A DNA stretch of 64,000 bases from Promethearchaeia archaeon (GTDB lineage: Archaea > Asgardarchaeota > Lokiarchaeia > Sigyniarchaeales > SOKP01). The position numbers and the translations under genes were made by a program. Position 1 is the stretch's first letter. Every line of letters begins with the position of its first letter. The notes beneath the pieces were generated by a model that saw nothing but the letters and a program-made list of their open reading frames with translations, ran no database searches and had not been told where the DNA came from. Below, one piece after another: positions 30,184 through 40,233 of this stretch. The DNA lies in assembly GCA_029856145.1 (NCBI GenBank), contig JAHQWK010000022.1:1-64000 (forward strand). Reading direction: 5' to 3'.

Positions 30184-33100
30184 ATGAAAAAAAAACAGAT
30201 ACAATCCATTATTCTATTGATTATTTTAATAATTTCATATACTAGTGTGTTTCATAGCTTCTCCAATTCATCCGATTACTCTACTGAAATCTCAGACACA
30301 CCACAAAACAAAATTAATCCTTTAGTTTCAGGTTTTTATAATAAAAATATTATTGTTTCCTTTAAGAAACAATCATATAATAGTTCTGTTACTTCTCGTT
30401 TTGAATATTACGGAGGAACTATTAAAGAAGAATGGAACAATAAATTCACTTCAATTTCAGGATTTGCTGGTATAATGCCTTTAGAATCGAACAAAACTGC
30501 TTTTCAAAGTGATTTTCCAGATGCTATAATTGAAAATGACGAAATTTTAGAAGCTCAGATGAACTATGCCTCAATTCAGTCTGGTGCTGTTAACTCAACT
30601 TGGTATCTGAATGGGTTAAAAGGAGCTACAGACTCTTCTGTAGCAGTATTAGATACAGGTATCAATCCTAATCATAACTTCTTTCCAGAGGGGTATAGTC
30701 CATCGGATTTAAGTGGAGATATTGTAGGTTGGCAAAACTTTGTGGACACACAACCGATATCCGATGATAATGGACATGGCACTTTAATAGCTTCAATCAT
30801 TTCTGGAACTGCTACAGATTCATATGATTCGAATATTCCTTCATTAATCAAAATCAAAGGTAACTATTCTCACACTGAATTATTTGAAGAATTCTCTACT
30901 CCAGGAAATTATTCGCTAAAAATATTCTCTTTTAATGCCTCAAAAGCGAGTTCAGATATTTTAATTAATTCTTCATGGAAATTGGAAACGCAAGGAATAG
31001 ATAAATTTTGGTTTGAACTATATTATAATGATACGTTAGTTCAATATTCATATAATGAAATTCCTGATCTTTATTACATTATTAACCAAGCTCTCAATCA
31101 AGATAACTTAGGTGTTTATGATTTATATTTGAAATATCATAAATTGCTCCAAAGTAGACCCATTTTTTCTTTCAATAGTATAGTATCTTATTTCCCAGAA
31201 TTTCCAATTGAAAATAGAAATCACTTCACAGGTATTGCGAATGCTACAAAAATAGTTGCCTATAAAATTTTAAATCAATCGGGCAAGGGATATACTTCGG
31301 ATTTAATATCAGCACTCGCAAGTGTAATCGAAAATAGAGAGATTGACCATATCATTAGTGTTTGTTTAAGCATTGGCACTTTAGGAGAAGATGTGACAAC
31401 TGTAAATTCTGTAATAGATGATGTAGTGGAAAGTGGAATACTCGTCGTAATTGCAGCAGGAAATTCTGGTATAGAAGTTTCTGTTTCGTTAAATAAATTA
31501 GCAGAAAATAAAAATGCAATAGTAGTAGGTGCAATAAATGATAAAGATCAAGTTACTTCCTATAGTAGTATGGGAAAGAATATTGAAAATATTATTAAAC
31601 CGGACATTGTTGCTCCTGGTGGTAGTAAAATATCAGGTCATCGTTCAATAATCGGTGCTAGTGATGAGATCGATAAAGCTGCTCCCTCTTATGGAACTTC
31701 AATTGCCACTGCAATTGTATCAGCAGCAGTTAACATATTAATAGAAGCAAGATGGAATACATGGAATCAATGGAATAATCTTGATTTAACAATGTGGGTC
31801 AAATATATTAAAGCAATTTTATTAATGACAGCTTCAGAAACTAATGTTGAAAGAGAGGATGATCCCTCTACATTGAGCGATGAAAGAGAACAATCACCAT
31901 CTTTATCTGTTGCTCCAATGACAACTGGTTTAAAAGATATTCATGAAGGATATGGAAGATTAAATCTTCAGGCTGCTGTTGATGCTTTAATTAAAAATGT
32001 AGAAGAGAATAGTTTAGTGAATGGTCATTTAATAAGTTCTCAAGAAGATCCTCTCGGTACACATGTATTTGCTCGCCAAATTGAATTAAATGAAGATATT
32101 CAATATTCATTTACTTTATCAACAGATGACACAGATGCTGATTTCGATTTATTTTTATTTTCAAATGAATCTAATCAATATGGTGAACCAATTCTTCTAC
32201 AATCATCTAGAAAATGGTATGGTGATTTTGATAATTTCTATTTTACTCCAAAAGATAATCAGACTAACTGTGTTATAATTATTAAAGCAATTGAGGGAAG
32301 TAGCGATTTTACTTTGAATATTTCAACTGTTAATAATCTTTTTAAACCAGAATTAGAAGTAGTTGAAATTAATTATATTGGTGGTTCCAAAAATACAACG
32401 GTTATGAGTCTTCAGGAATATATGGGAGGTGAACCGAAGAAAAATTATACAATTGATAGTTATAGGTTTTATATTGAATATTTCGATAATGATACGTCAA
32501 ATGTCCCACCTCAAGAGGTTTATGTCTCCATTCTAGAATTATCAAAAAATTATACATTAACTCAACTTTATGCACCAGATAATACTTACACTGATGGGGC
32601 AATATTCGTAAGTGACTATATTCAATTTCCGAGATCTGGAATATTTCATTATTTTTTTGTGGCTAGTGACGGTGCTTTTAAAACAAGATATCCAAACACT
32701 AAACAACTTAATATTACAATTGAATTCCCAACAGATAGTATCCAATTCCCAAATTACCATAATTTTAATGATGGAATTGGTAATTGGACATATACTGGTA
32801 CTGGTTGGGAGATAATGTCTCAAAATAATTATTATGATAATAGATCAAGAATATATCAAGATTATTGGTACTCCATGTATTTTGGCACATATCATAATAA
32901 TCCAAAAAATTACTCTTATCAACCTATTAGAATAACTGAGGATCCATATCCAAATGGTTCTTTAATCAGTCCTTTATTCAATTTAACAAATATAGAGCAA
33001 AACCAAAGTCAACCTTATGCAAAATTTGGATTTAGAGTAAGCATCAATACAGGAGATTTTGTTTATTTACAAATTAATCTAAATTGGACCGGTTGGATAA

Positions 33101-35010
33101 CTCTAAAAACTTATACTGATATAGAGCAGGACTGGTTTATGGAAGAAATTAATTTAACCCAATATATTGGAAATTTTGTTCAATTTCGATTCGATACTTC
33201 TCTAGACGATGATTTTGATTCGATAAATTATAAGGGATTTATTTTAGATTATTTTGCGATCATAAATTATACTAATGAAAATTCCCCTGTGATATATTTT
33301 AATTTAAATAATGATATTTCCTCAACCCAAGATTCGAAATACCAGAAATATAGGTTTTCTTTTGAATATTTTGATTTAGATAATAACTATCCTGAATTCG
33401 TCTACTTAGAAATGGATGGTACTAATTATACAATGTACAATATTTATGGTGATTGGAATGCTAGCTCAAATGGCATTGAAGATTGGGGGATTTATTTTAC
33501 CAGATCTATACTATTAGAAGAAACCTCAAACCAATCATTCAGATATCATGTTTCAGATGGTCTACATATAAATTCAAGCCCGTGGTATAATAAAAACAAT
33601 TCACTCTTTAAGTTTATCAACCCAACTCCTTTACAATTCAATGTTTTTAAAGATAATAAGTTCATTGGGTATGAATATTCAAATACAAACTTAGTTGATT
33701 ACTATGTATCAGGAACTCCCCTCCCAAAAGAAGATACTGCTTGGTTTAGAGCAGACAATACATGGCATCCTATAAGCCGTCTTAACCAACCTTATATATA
33801 TGGAGGAATAGGACAAGGTTATGGTGGTTTTGAGCAGGGTTATGGAATAAATTGGGATAGTAATTTAATTACTCGCCCATTACACCTTGGAAGTGAATAT
33901 AAAGTGTATTTTGAATTTGATTATGAAATATCCTTACAAAATGAATACTATCAACCCGAAGATCAGTTAGATAAGTGCATAATTTCAATATCAAAAGATT
34001 TTGGTGAAACATGGATTATCCTTAAAGAATTTACATATGATAATGAGGACCTCTCTGGAAGTAAAAGATTTGATATTTCTCACTATTCTGGAGAAGATAT
34101 AATGATAATGTTCACTTTACATTCAAACAATAATATAATTGGATTGGGATATGGATGGTTACTCTCTAATATTTATCTGGGTTATGATAAATCAACAGAT
34201 TTTATAGCTCCAGAAATAAAAATATTAAGTCCCGAGCCTAACATAAGTATAAATTCAATAATTGCGATTGAAGTAAATATAACTGATAATATTGGATTGG
34301 ATGAGTTAAGAATTTACATACTTCTGAATAATAATAGTGTTGATAGAAGTAAACTTACATATAATAGTAATACAAGTATATTAGAATTTAATTGGAATAC
34401 CGCTAATTTTAATGATGGAACATATGAAATTAGAATAGTGGCTTTTGATAAAGAAGGAAATAAAGCAGAGTCATTCATATATGTTACAGTAAATAATGGG
34501 AGATGGTGGCTTCTATGGGGGCCATATATAATTTTGATAGGGACCATAGCTGCTGTAATGATATCATTATTTGTTATTGCTGAGAAGAAGGGAAAAATTT
34601 GGATTCAGAATATTAAAAATATTCGTGCTGAAAAAATTAGACTTAAAGATATTGATAAAGATCAAGTAATAAAACGAATAGAATTAATCGAACACGAAGA
34701 AGAACTTAAAAAACCTTTAACTTTATATTGTAAATCATGTAGATCCTGGTTTATATCTAACAAATTTGATATAATCTGTCCTATATGTGAGCATGATCAA
34801 ATCTATACTGCATATAACTGCTCAAATTGTGGAAAGTGGTCTTTGAAAGACGAACCAAGAGAAAATTATTATTGTAAAAATAAAAGATGTGAAGGAGTTA
34901 GGTTAGTTAGAAAGGAAAAAGAAGAAATTGAAGAAATTTTGGCTGAGGAAGGTAAATTTCCAAGAGAGTTTAAGAGTAAAAAAAAGAAATTTAGCATTTT
35001 AGATGTGTAA
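30184..35010 (+). CDS. Membrane-anchored S8 subtilisin-like serine protease with MAM-like/Ig-like domains and cytoplasmic Zn-finger tail
   Basis: VAVLDTG (Asp), DNGHGT (His), AAGNSG (oxyanion Asn), KPDIVAPG, GTSIAT (Ser), EGYGRLN; C-terminal TM; CKSC/CPIC/CSNC/CKNKRC. Confidence 0.9.
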   Translation: MKKKQIQSIILLIILIISYTSVFHSFSNSSDYSTEISDTPQNKINPLVSGFYNKNIIVSFKKQSYNSSVTSRFEYYGGTIKEEWNNKFTSISGFAGIMPLESNKTAFQSDFPDAIIENDEILEAQMNYASIQSGAVNSTWYLNGLKGATDSSVAVLDTGINPNHNFFPEGYSPSDLSGDIVGWQNFVDTQPISDDNGHGTLIASIISGTATDSYDSNIPSLIKIKGNYSHTELFEEFSTPGNYSLKIFSFNASKASSDILINSSWKLETQGIDKFWFELYYNDTLVQYSYNEIPDLYYIINQALNQDNLGVYDLYLKYHKLLQSRPIFSFNSIVSYFPEFPIENRNHFTGIANATKIVAYKILNQSGKGYTSDLISALASVIENREIDHIISVCLSIGTLGEDVTTVNSVIDDVVESGILVVIAAGNSGIEVSVSLNKLAENKNAIVVGAINDKDQVTSYSSMGKNIENIIKPDIVAPGGSKISGHRSIIGASDEIDKAAPSYGTSIATAIVSAAVNILIEARWNTWNQWNNLDLTMWVKYIKAILLMTASETNVEREDDPSTLSDEREQSPSLSVAPMTTGLKDIHEGYGRLNLQAAVDALIKNVEENSLVNGHLISSQEDPLGTHVFARQIELNEDIQYSFTLSTDDTDADFDLFLFSNESNQYGEPILLQSSRKWYGDFDNFYFTPKDNQTNCVIIIKAIEGSSDFTLNISTVNNLFKPELEVVEINYIGGSKNTTVMSLQEYMGGEPKKNYTIDSYRFYIEYFDNDTSNVPPQEVYVSILELSKNYTLTQLYAPDNTYTDGAIFVSDYIQFPRSGIFHYFFVASDGAFKTRYPNTKQLNITIEFPTDSIQFPNYHNFNDGIGNWTYTGTGWEIMSQNNYYDNRSRIYQDYWYSMYFGTYHNNPKNYSYQPIRITEDPYPNGSLISPLFNLTNIEQNQSQPYAKFGFRVSINTGDFVYLQINLNWTGWITLKTYTDIEQDWFMEEINLTQYIGNFVQFRFDTSLDDDFDSINYKGFILDYFAIINYTNENSPVIYFNLNNDISSTQDSKYQKYRFSFEYFDLDNNYPEFVYLEMDGTNYTMYNIYGDWNASSNGIEDWGIYFTRSILLEETSNQSFRYHVSDGLHINSSPWYNKNNSLFKFINPTPLQFNVFKDNKFIGYEYSNTNLVDYYVSGTPLPKEDTAWFRADNTWHPISRLNQPYIYGGIGQGYGGFEQGYGINWDSNLITRPLHLGSEYKVYFEFDYEISLQNEYYQPEDQLDKCIISISKDFGETWIILKEFTYDNEDLSGSKRFDISHYSGEDIMIMFTLHSNNNIIGLGYGWLLSNIYLGYDKSTDFIAPEIKILSPEPNISINSIIAIEVNITDNIGLDELRIYILLNNNSVDRSKLTYNSNTSILEFNWNTANFNDGTYEIRIVAFDKEGNKAESFIYVTVNNGRWWLLWGPYIILIGTIAAVMISLFVIAEKKGKIWIQNIKNIRAEKIRLKDIDKDQVIKRIELIEHEEELKKPLTLYCKSCRSWFISNKFDIICPICEHDQIYTAYNCSNCGKWSLKDEPRENYYCKNKRCEGVRLVRKEKEEIEEILAEEGKFPREFKSKKKKFSILDV

Positions 35011-35024
35011 AAAATAATTAAAAG

Positions 35025-38018
35025 GTGATGATAATAGATTTAAGAAATTTCTTGTATAAACTAAGAAGACGTATAAATCTACAAATTATCAAACATTCCT
35101 TGCTCGATCTCAAACGGGATAAAGCGAAAGCGATTTTTGGAATATGTGGTATCGCAGTTTCATTATTTTTATTAACAACTATTGGAATGTTAAATGATAC
35201 AGTGAATTATAATTATCTTTTATACGTTACATCATCAACAGGAAAATCAGATATTATGATTACACGAACAATACAAACAGATTTAACCTATGATCCTTTC
35301 TATGATGAAGATATTATTGATAATGAATTAATGGATATTGAGGGGGTTCAAAAGTTATTTCCGCGTATTATGATGTTAGTAGAGACCTCTTCAGAAAATA
35401 TTAACACGAGTGGTTCTTTACAATTATATGGTCTTGACTTTATAGAAGAAGCTACAAATGGTAATATAGGAGATTTAATAATAGTAGATGATGAAGGAAA
35501 AGAAACAAATGAGATCTATGATGATGAGCCTAATAATGGGGAATGTATTATATTATGGAACGTTGCACAACTCCTTAACGTAAGTAGAGGAGATAGTATA
35601 AATTTAAAATACCAAACTTATGAATTAAACTTAACTGTAGCTGAAATTTGTATTCAAGCCCTTAAATTCATGCAATTTGAAAATACATTAATCCTTGTTA
35701 ATTTACAACAAGTCCAAAGTTTCCTAAAACGAGAAGGTTTAATAAATTTTATTGTAGGGACTATTAATGATCCTAGATCTGTTTATGATGCTAGTAATTT
35801 GGACTTAACAACTAGAAGGCTTCGAAAAATTGGTTCTAATATACAGGAAAGGTTGGATCTTAATGAATTCACTGTAAGCCTACCAAAATTAGAGGAACTT
35901 GAAGGAGGTGAATTTCTATTAATGACAGTGACAATAATGTTTTGGTTCATCACAATTCTCTCCACTCTTATAACGGGCATTTTAATAAACAGTATTTTAT
36001 CTACTTCAGTTGAAGAAAGAATTAGAGAATTTGGTGTTGTTCGTGTTGTTGGAAGTAGAAAAGCTTATTGTATAAAAATGGTTCTATTTGAAGGGTTGAT
36101 GTTAGGCTTAATTGGATCGATTATTGGAATGATACTTGGATTCACAATGATGAAACCAATTGCACAATCTTTTTTTCCTCTATATGAGTTTCAATTTGCG
36201 TTTACTGAAGTAGAATGGGTTATTCAACCTGATACGCTTATAATGACATTTTCAATAGGAACATTAGTATCATTAGCAGTATCCTTATTACCTGCTCTAA
36301 AAACAGCGAAGTTAGATATTATTAAATCAATTACTCCCTTTCAAACGAAGGAAGAAGGATGGGAAATTAAAAAAGAGGGTAGTATGAATGTTAAAAGTTT
36401 TCTTGCGGGTATTGCGATAGCTACCATTGGAATGATTGTATTTGTCTTGATGCCAAATATTTTTGTTACAGGTGATTTTATGTTAACTTCAGCACTTTTT
36501 ATTGGCTTATTAGCTGCAATTGTAATCGGATTGGTCTTTGCATCCATAGGAATAATCCCTTTAATTCAAAAAATCTTTTTAGGCATAATTTCACCAGCTA
36601 TTAGAAAATATAGTAGTATCATAAATATTTCGATAAAACGATATAGAAGACGTAATACAAGCACTGTGATTATGTTTGCAATTAGTTTTTCTTTTATTTT
36701 CTTTATTACAAGTGTAACTGAAATGGAATCTGAAAATATGAGCCTAAATTTAAGATTTCAATATGGTTCAGATTTAGTTTTAATGAATCAAAATTTCCAT
36801 TCCCCCGAAAGTGCTTTAACACTTGAAATGGTTGAAGAATTAGAAAGCTTGCCGGGAGTAGATGAATTAGCCATTTCTCTCCATAATACATTTGACCTTC
36901 AAGCAACTCTAGCAACAATTTTTGAAATAAGTGAAGGTCAAGTGGGTTTTAGTAGTGATTCCACTGAACAAATGATGACTATGTTTCAATATTTTGGAGA
37001 GGCAGACGATTCAAAATTGAAAACAACAGCGGGAGACATGATGGATTTTGATGTTGTGGAAGCAGGATTTATAGGCATAAATGAAGATTTTGTTGATTTA
37101 ATTGATAAAGCCTTATTAATTTGGAAAAGTGATGGTAGTAACACTGATTATTCCTTTAATGAATTATTCACTCATAATAATACGTGTATTATAGCTAAAT
37201 CCATAGCAGATTATATAGGAGTTAAAGAAGTAGGGGAATATGTTCGTATGACATTTTATAGGCCAGAAGATTATGACAATGGACCATTGGCTCCTGGGAA
37301 TGTCACACTATTTCGGGTTGTTGGAATTTCAGGTGGGATTCCTGGATTTTATAACTTTCGAAGTAATGAAATGTCTGCTAATGGGGGAGGTGTAATGGTT
37401 TCCTTAGAGAATTACATGCGTTTGATGAAAGTCGAAAACTCTGGAGAACCTAACATGATAGTAGATAAAATATTTTTAAACCTAGTTGATAAGACTGAAG
37501 AAAACATCAAAGAGACTAAAGACGATATTAACAATATGTACCAAGAAAAGGATATAATTATTGATGATGCCATTTCTAAAATTAACTTTTTTGAAGCGAT
37601 GACTGAAAGACAATCCTTTCTGATGGAACTGATTTTGACGTTCACCGTAATTATTAGCATTTTTGGTCTTGTAAGTAGTATGTATGCAGTTATATTAGAG
37701 CGAAAATTTGAAATTGGGATACTTAGATCAATGGGGATGAAAACACGGAATGTACGTAATATGTTTTTAATTGAAAGTATGATTACTCTACTTTCTGCGG
37801 GTGTTATGGGCACAATTATTGGGACTTTCACTGCATTTATATTAGAATCTACAATGGCACTTATGACCGAGATGCCAATAATATTTACTATTCCGATGGA
37901 AACCTTATCAAGAGTGTTTATTTTATCAATCTCTTTTGCGTTTTTAGGAACATATGTGATTTTGATCAAATATTTTTATAAAAAGAGTATAATGGATATA
38001 TTTCGTCAAACCTTTTAA
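35025..38018 (+). CDS. FtsX/MacB-like ABC permease (second paralog)
   Basis: SVEERIREFGVVRVVG and ERKFEIGILRSMG; same two-repeat architecture as 23195-26176. Confidence 0.92.
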   Translation: MMIIDLRNFLYKLRRRINLQIIKHSLLDLKRDKAKAIFGICGIAVSLFLLTTIGMLNDTVNYNYLLYVTSSTGKSDIMITRTIQTDLTYDPFYDEDIIDNELMDIEGVQKLFPRIMMLVETSSENINTSGSLQLYGLDFIEEATNGNIGDLIIVDDEGKETNEIYDDEPNNGECIILWNVAQLLNVSRGDSINLKYQTYELNLTVAEICIQALKFMQFENTLILVNLQQVQSFLKREGLINFIVGTINDPRSVYDASNLDLTTRRLRKIGSNIQERLDLNEFTVSLPKLEELEGGEFLLMTVTIMFWFITILSTLITGILINSILSTSVEERIREFGVVRVVGSRKAYCIKMVLFEGLMLGLIGSIIGMILGFTMMKPIAQSFFPLYEFQFAFTEVEWVIQPDTLIMTFSIGTLVSLAVSLLPALKTAKLDIIKSITPFQTKEEGWEIKKEGSMNVKSFLAGIAIATIGMIVFVLMPNIFVTGDFMLTSALFIGLLAAIVIGLVFASIGIIPLIQKIFLGIISPAIRKYSSIINISIKRYRRRNTSTVIMFAISFSFIFFITSVTEMESENMSLNLRFQYGSDLVLMNQNFHSPESALTLEMVEELESLPGVDELAISLHNTFDLQATLATIFEISEGQVGFSSDSTEQMMTMFQYFGEADDSKLKTTAGDMMDFDVVEAGFIGINEDFVDLIDKALLIWKSDGSNTDYSFNELFTHNNTCIIAKSIADYIGVKEVGEYVRMTFYRPEDYDNGPLAPGNVTLFRVVGISGGIPGFYNFRSNEMSANGGGVMVSLENYMRLMKVENSGEPNMIVDKIFLNLVDKTEENIKETKDDINNMYQEKDIIIDDAISKINFFEAMTERQSFLMELILTFTVIISIFGLVSSMYAVILERKFEIGILRSMGMKTRNVRNMFLIESMITLLSAGVMGTIIGTFTAFILESTMALMTEMPIIFTIPMETLSRVFILSISFAFLGTYVILIKYFYKKSIMDIFRQTF

Positions 38019-38046
38019 AAATTAATTTTCTATCAATTAGGAAATA

Positions 38047-38637
38047 TTAAATGGTATTCTCTTTTAGGAATTTTGTAAATTTCCTCCAAGCTTTTCCTCT
38101 ATGAGAAATTTTATTCTTTTCATCTGTCGTTAATTCAGCAAAAGTACTATCGGGCATAACGTTAGGAAGAAAAATAGGATCAAACCCAAATCCACCTGAA
38201 CCTCTTATAGTTTTTGATACTCTCCCATAAACATCTCCTTCAAATATTAAGTTTTTATCAAGAGGTTTAAAGTAGAGTGCGATAGATGAAGTGAAATGGG
38301 CTTGTGTCTTCTCAAAATCATCTATTAGTCTTAATATTCCTTTATTACCAAGAGTTTTCATAACATATGAGGAATATACTCCTGGAAAACCATTAAGAGG
38401 TGTATCCACGAAAAATCCAGCATCCTCTATGAAATAAGAGCCATTTACTTGTCCTTTTATACTTTCTAATTTGTATAGTGCTATTTCTTTAATAGATTCT
38501 GCTTGAACTTCGATTGTTTTGATATTTTTCTGCTTTAAAACATAATTGAGGTTTTCTTTATTGAAGAAAGCGGAAATCTCGTTATATTTATGTATATTTC
38601 CAGTTATAAAATAAATGATATTTTGATCCATGTTCAT
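38047..38637 (-). CDS. rdgB: Non-canonical purine NTP pyrophosphatase (RdgB/HAM1)
   Basis: FITGNIHK, EDAG, FPGVYS, FGFDPIF, KNKISHR. Confidence 0.95.
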   Translation of the reverse strand: MNMDQNIIYFITGNIHKYNEISAFFNKENLNYVLKQKNIKTIEVQAESIKEIALYKLESIKGQVNGSYFIEDAGFFVDTPLNGFPGVYSSYVMKTLGNKGILRLIDDFEKTQAHFTSSIALYFKPLDKNLIFEGDVYGRVSKTIRGSGGFGFDPIFLPNVMPDSTFAELTTDEKNKISHRGKAWRKFTKFLKENTI

Positions 38638-38795
38638 AATTACTATAAGAGCTTAAGATTTATTTAGATATTCGAGTTCAATGAAGATTGAACCATTTGT
38701 AATAATAAACATTCCAAAAGTTTATTTTGTATATTTCTTTATTTATTTTATATTAAATCTTATAAGAACTGCAACATAAGAGGAAGAACGTAAAA

Positions 38796-39254
38796 ATGGC
38801 TCGGATGCATTCAAGAAAGTGTGGAAAATCAGGTAGTACTCGTCCAGCAAGACTAGAAAAACCTACATGGGTGGAACTCTCACCTGAAGAAGTCGAAAAT
38901 GAAGTTGTTAAATTAGCGAGAAGAGGACAATCAAAATCAATGATAGGTACTATAATGAGAGATTCGCGAGGTGTACCATTAGTTAAATTAGTAACTGGTA
39001 AAAAAGTAACTCAAATCCTTGAAGAAAACGAGATTAAAACACCTCTACCTGAAGAACTCGCAAATTTAGTAAGAAAAGCCCTAAGTATCAGAAAACATCT
39101 TGAAACAAATCATAAAGATCTTGAAGCTAAAAAAGGTTTGAATAGAAATGAGAGTAAAATATATCGCTTAATAAAATATTATAAAAAGAAGAAAGTATTA
39201 GCACCTGATTTCAAATATGATCCCGAAAAAATAAGAACATTAGTAGCGAGATAA
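38796..39254 (+). CDS. rps15: 30S ribosomal protein uS15 (archaeal S15/S13e)
   Basis: MARMHSRKCGKSGSTRP...IGTIMRD..GVP...ESKIYRLIKYYK. Confidence 0.97.
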   Translation: MARMHSRKCGKSGSTRPARLEKPTWVELSPEEVENEVVKLARRGQSKSMIGTIMRDSRGVPLVKLVTGKKVTQILEENEIKTPLPEELANLVRKALSIRKHLETNHKDLEAKKGLNRNESKIYRLIKYYKKKKVLAPDFKYDPEKIRTLVAR

Positions 39255-39268
39255 ATGGAGGATTTAAA

Positions 39269-40102
39269 TTGAGTTCAAAAGCAAGGAAAAAAAAACCGAA
39301 AATAAAAAAAGTTTCATTCAAAGATAAAAATTGGTACTCCGTGTTATCGAGTAAAAGCTTTGACTTTAAACCGATTGGAGAAGTTATCGGTTTAGAAGAT
39401 AATTTACTTGGAAGAATACTGGAGACTTTACTATTTGATTTTACACATAAATACTCTGATATCAGTTTGAAATTAAAATTCCGAATCGTGGAAGTTAATA
39501 ACGAAGCAAAAAAGTGTAATAGTATTTTTGTCGGACATCAATATACTAATGATTTTATAAGATCTTTAATTGGCAGGGGAAGTACAAAAATACAATCAAT
39601 TATCAACTTAACTACAAAAGACAATTATATTTTTCGGGTCACGATGATCTGTACCACTATTAAAAGAGCAAGAAGTAGTCAACAAATCTTAATACGGAAA
39701 ATAATAAGAGAAATATTAAGAGAGTTTGCTAAAAGTCTGAATCATGAAAAATTTATTGCAGGGATGATATATAGAGAATTTCAAAGCCAAATTCAACGAG
39801 TAGCTAAGACAATATATCCATTATCTAACGCTGTAATAATTAAGAGCAAGCTTATTTCTATACCTGAAGGAGGGGAAGACAAAGAAATTCCAGATGACCA
39901 ATTTGAGATTGTAGAAGTTGATATAAAGAGATCCAGAAAATCAGAAATAAAAAGAACTGAAAGAATTAATGTAAAAAAGCTATCACGGTCCAAACCTAGA
40001 ACTCGACCCGTTAAGAAAGAAGAACCCCTTCCCACAACAGAAAAAAAAGAAGTTACTAAAGAAGAGAGCCCTTCCATAGAGAAAGAAGAAAAGGAAGCAT
40101 GA
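39269..40102 (+). CDS. rps3ae: 30S ribosomal protein eS1 (S3Ae) with charged C-terminal extension
   Basis: KDKNWYSV, GRILETLL.D, F.GHQ...DFIRSLI, TTKD.Y, KTIYPL; TTG start with GGAGG upstream. Confidence 0.93.
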   Translation: MSSKARKKKPKIKKVSFKDKNWYSVLSSKSFDFKPIGEVIGLEDNLLGRILETLLFDFTHKYSDISLKLKFRIVEVNNEAKKCNSIFVGHQYTNDFIRSLIGRGSTKIQSIINLTTKDNYIFRVTMICTTIKRARSSQQILIRKIIREILREFAKSLNHEKFIAGMIYREFQSQIQRVAKTIYPLSNAVIIKSKLISIPEGGEDKEIPDDQFEIVEVDIKRSRKSEIKRTERINVKKLSRSKPRTRPVKKEEPLPTTEKKEVTKEESPSIEKEEKEA

Positions 40103-40233
40103 GAATAACTTAGACTAAAGAAAGTTTTAATAAGATTCAAGTTTTAAAAGCTAAGAACTTAAATAAATTTCTTATACTGATAGTTATTTTTAATAATCTG
40201 AAAAACTTCTTTTAATCTAATTAACTATTATAA

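Noticed and set aside
37412-37969. 185-aa minus-strand ORF and the other short ORFs nested within 23195-38018
   Set aside because: Antisense or out-of-frame shadows of well-supported long genes.
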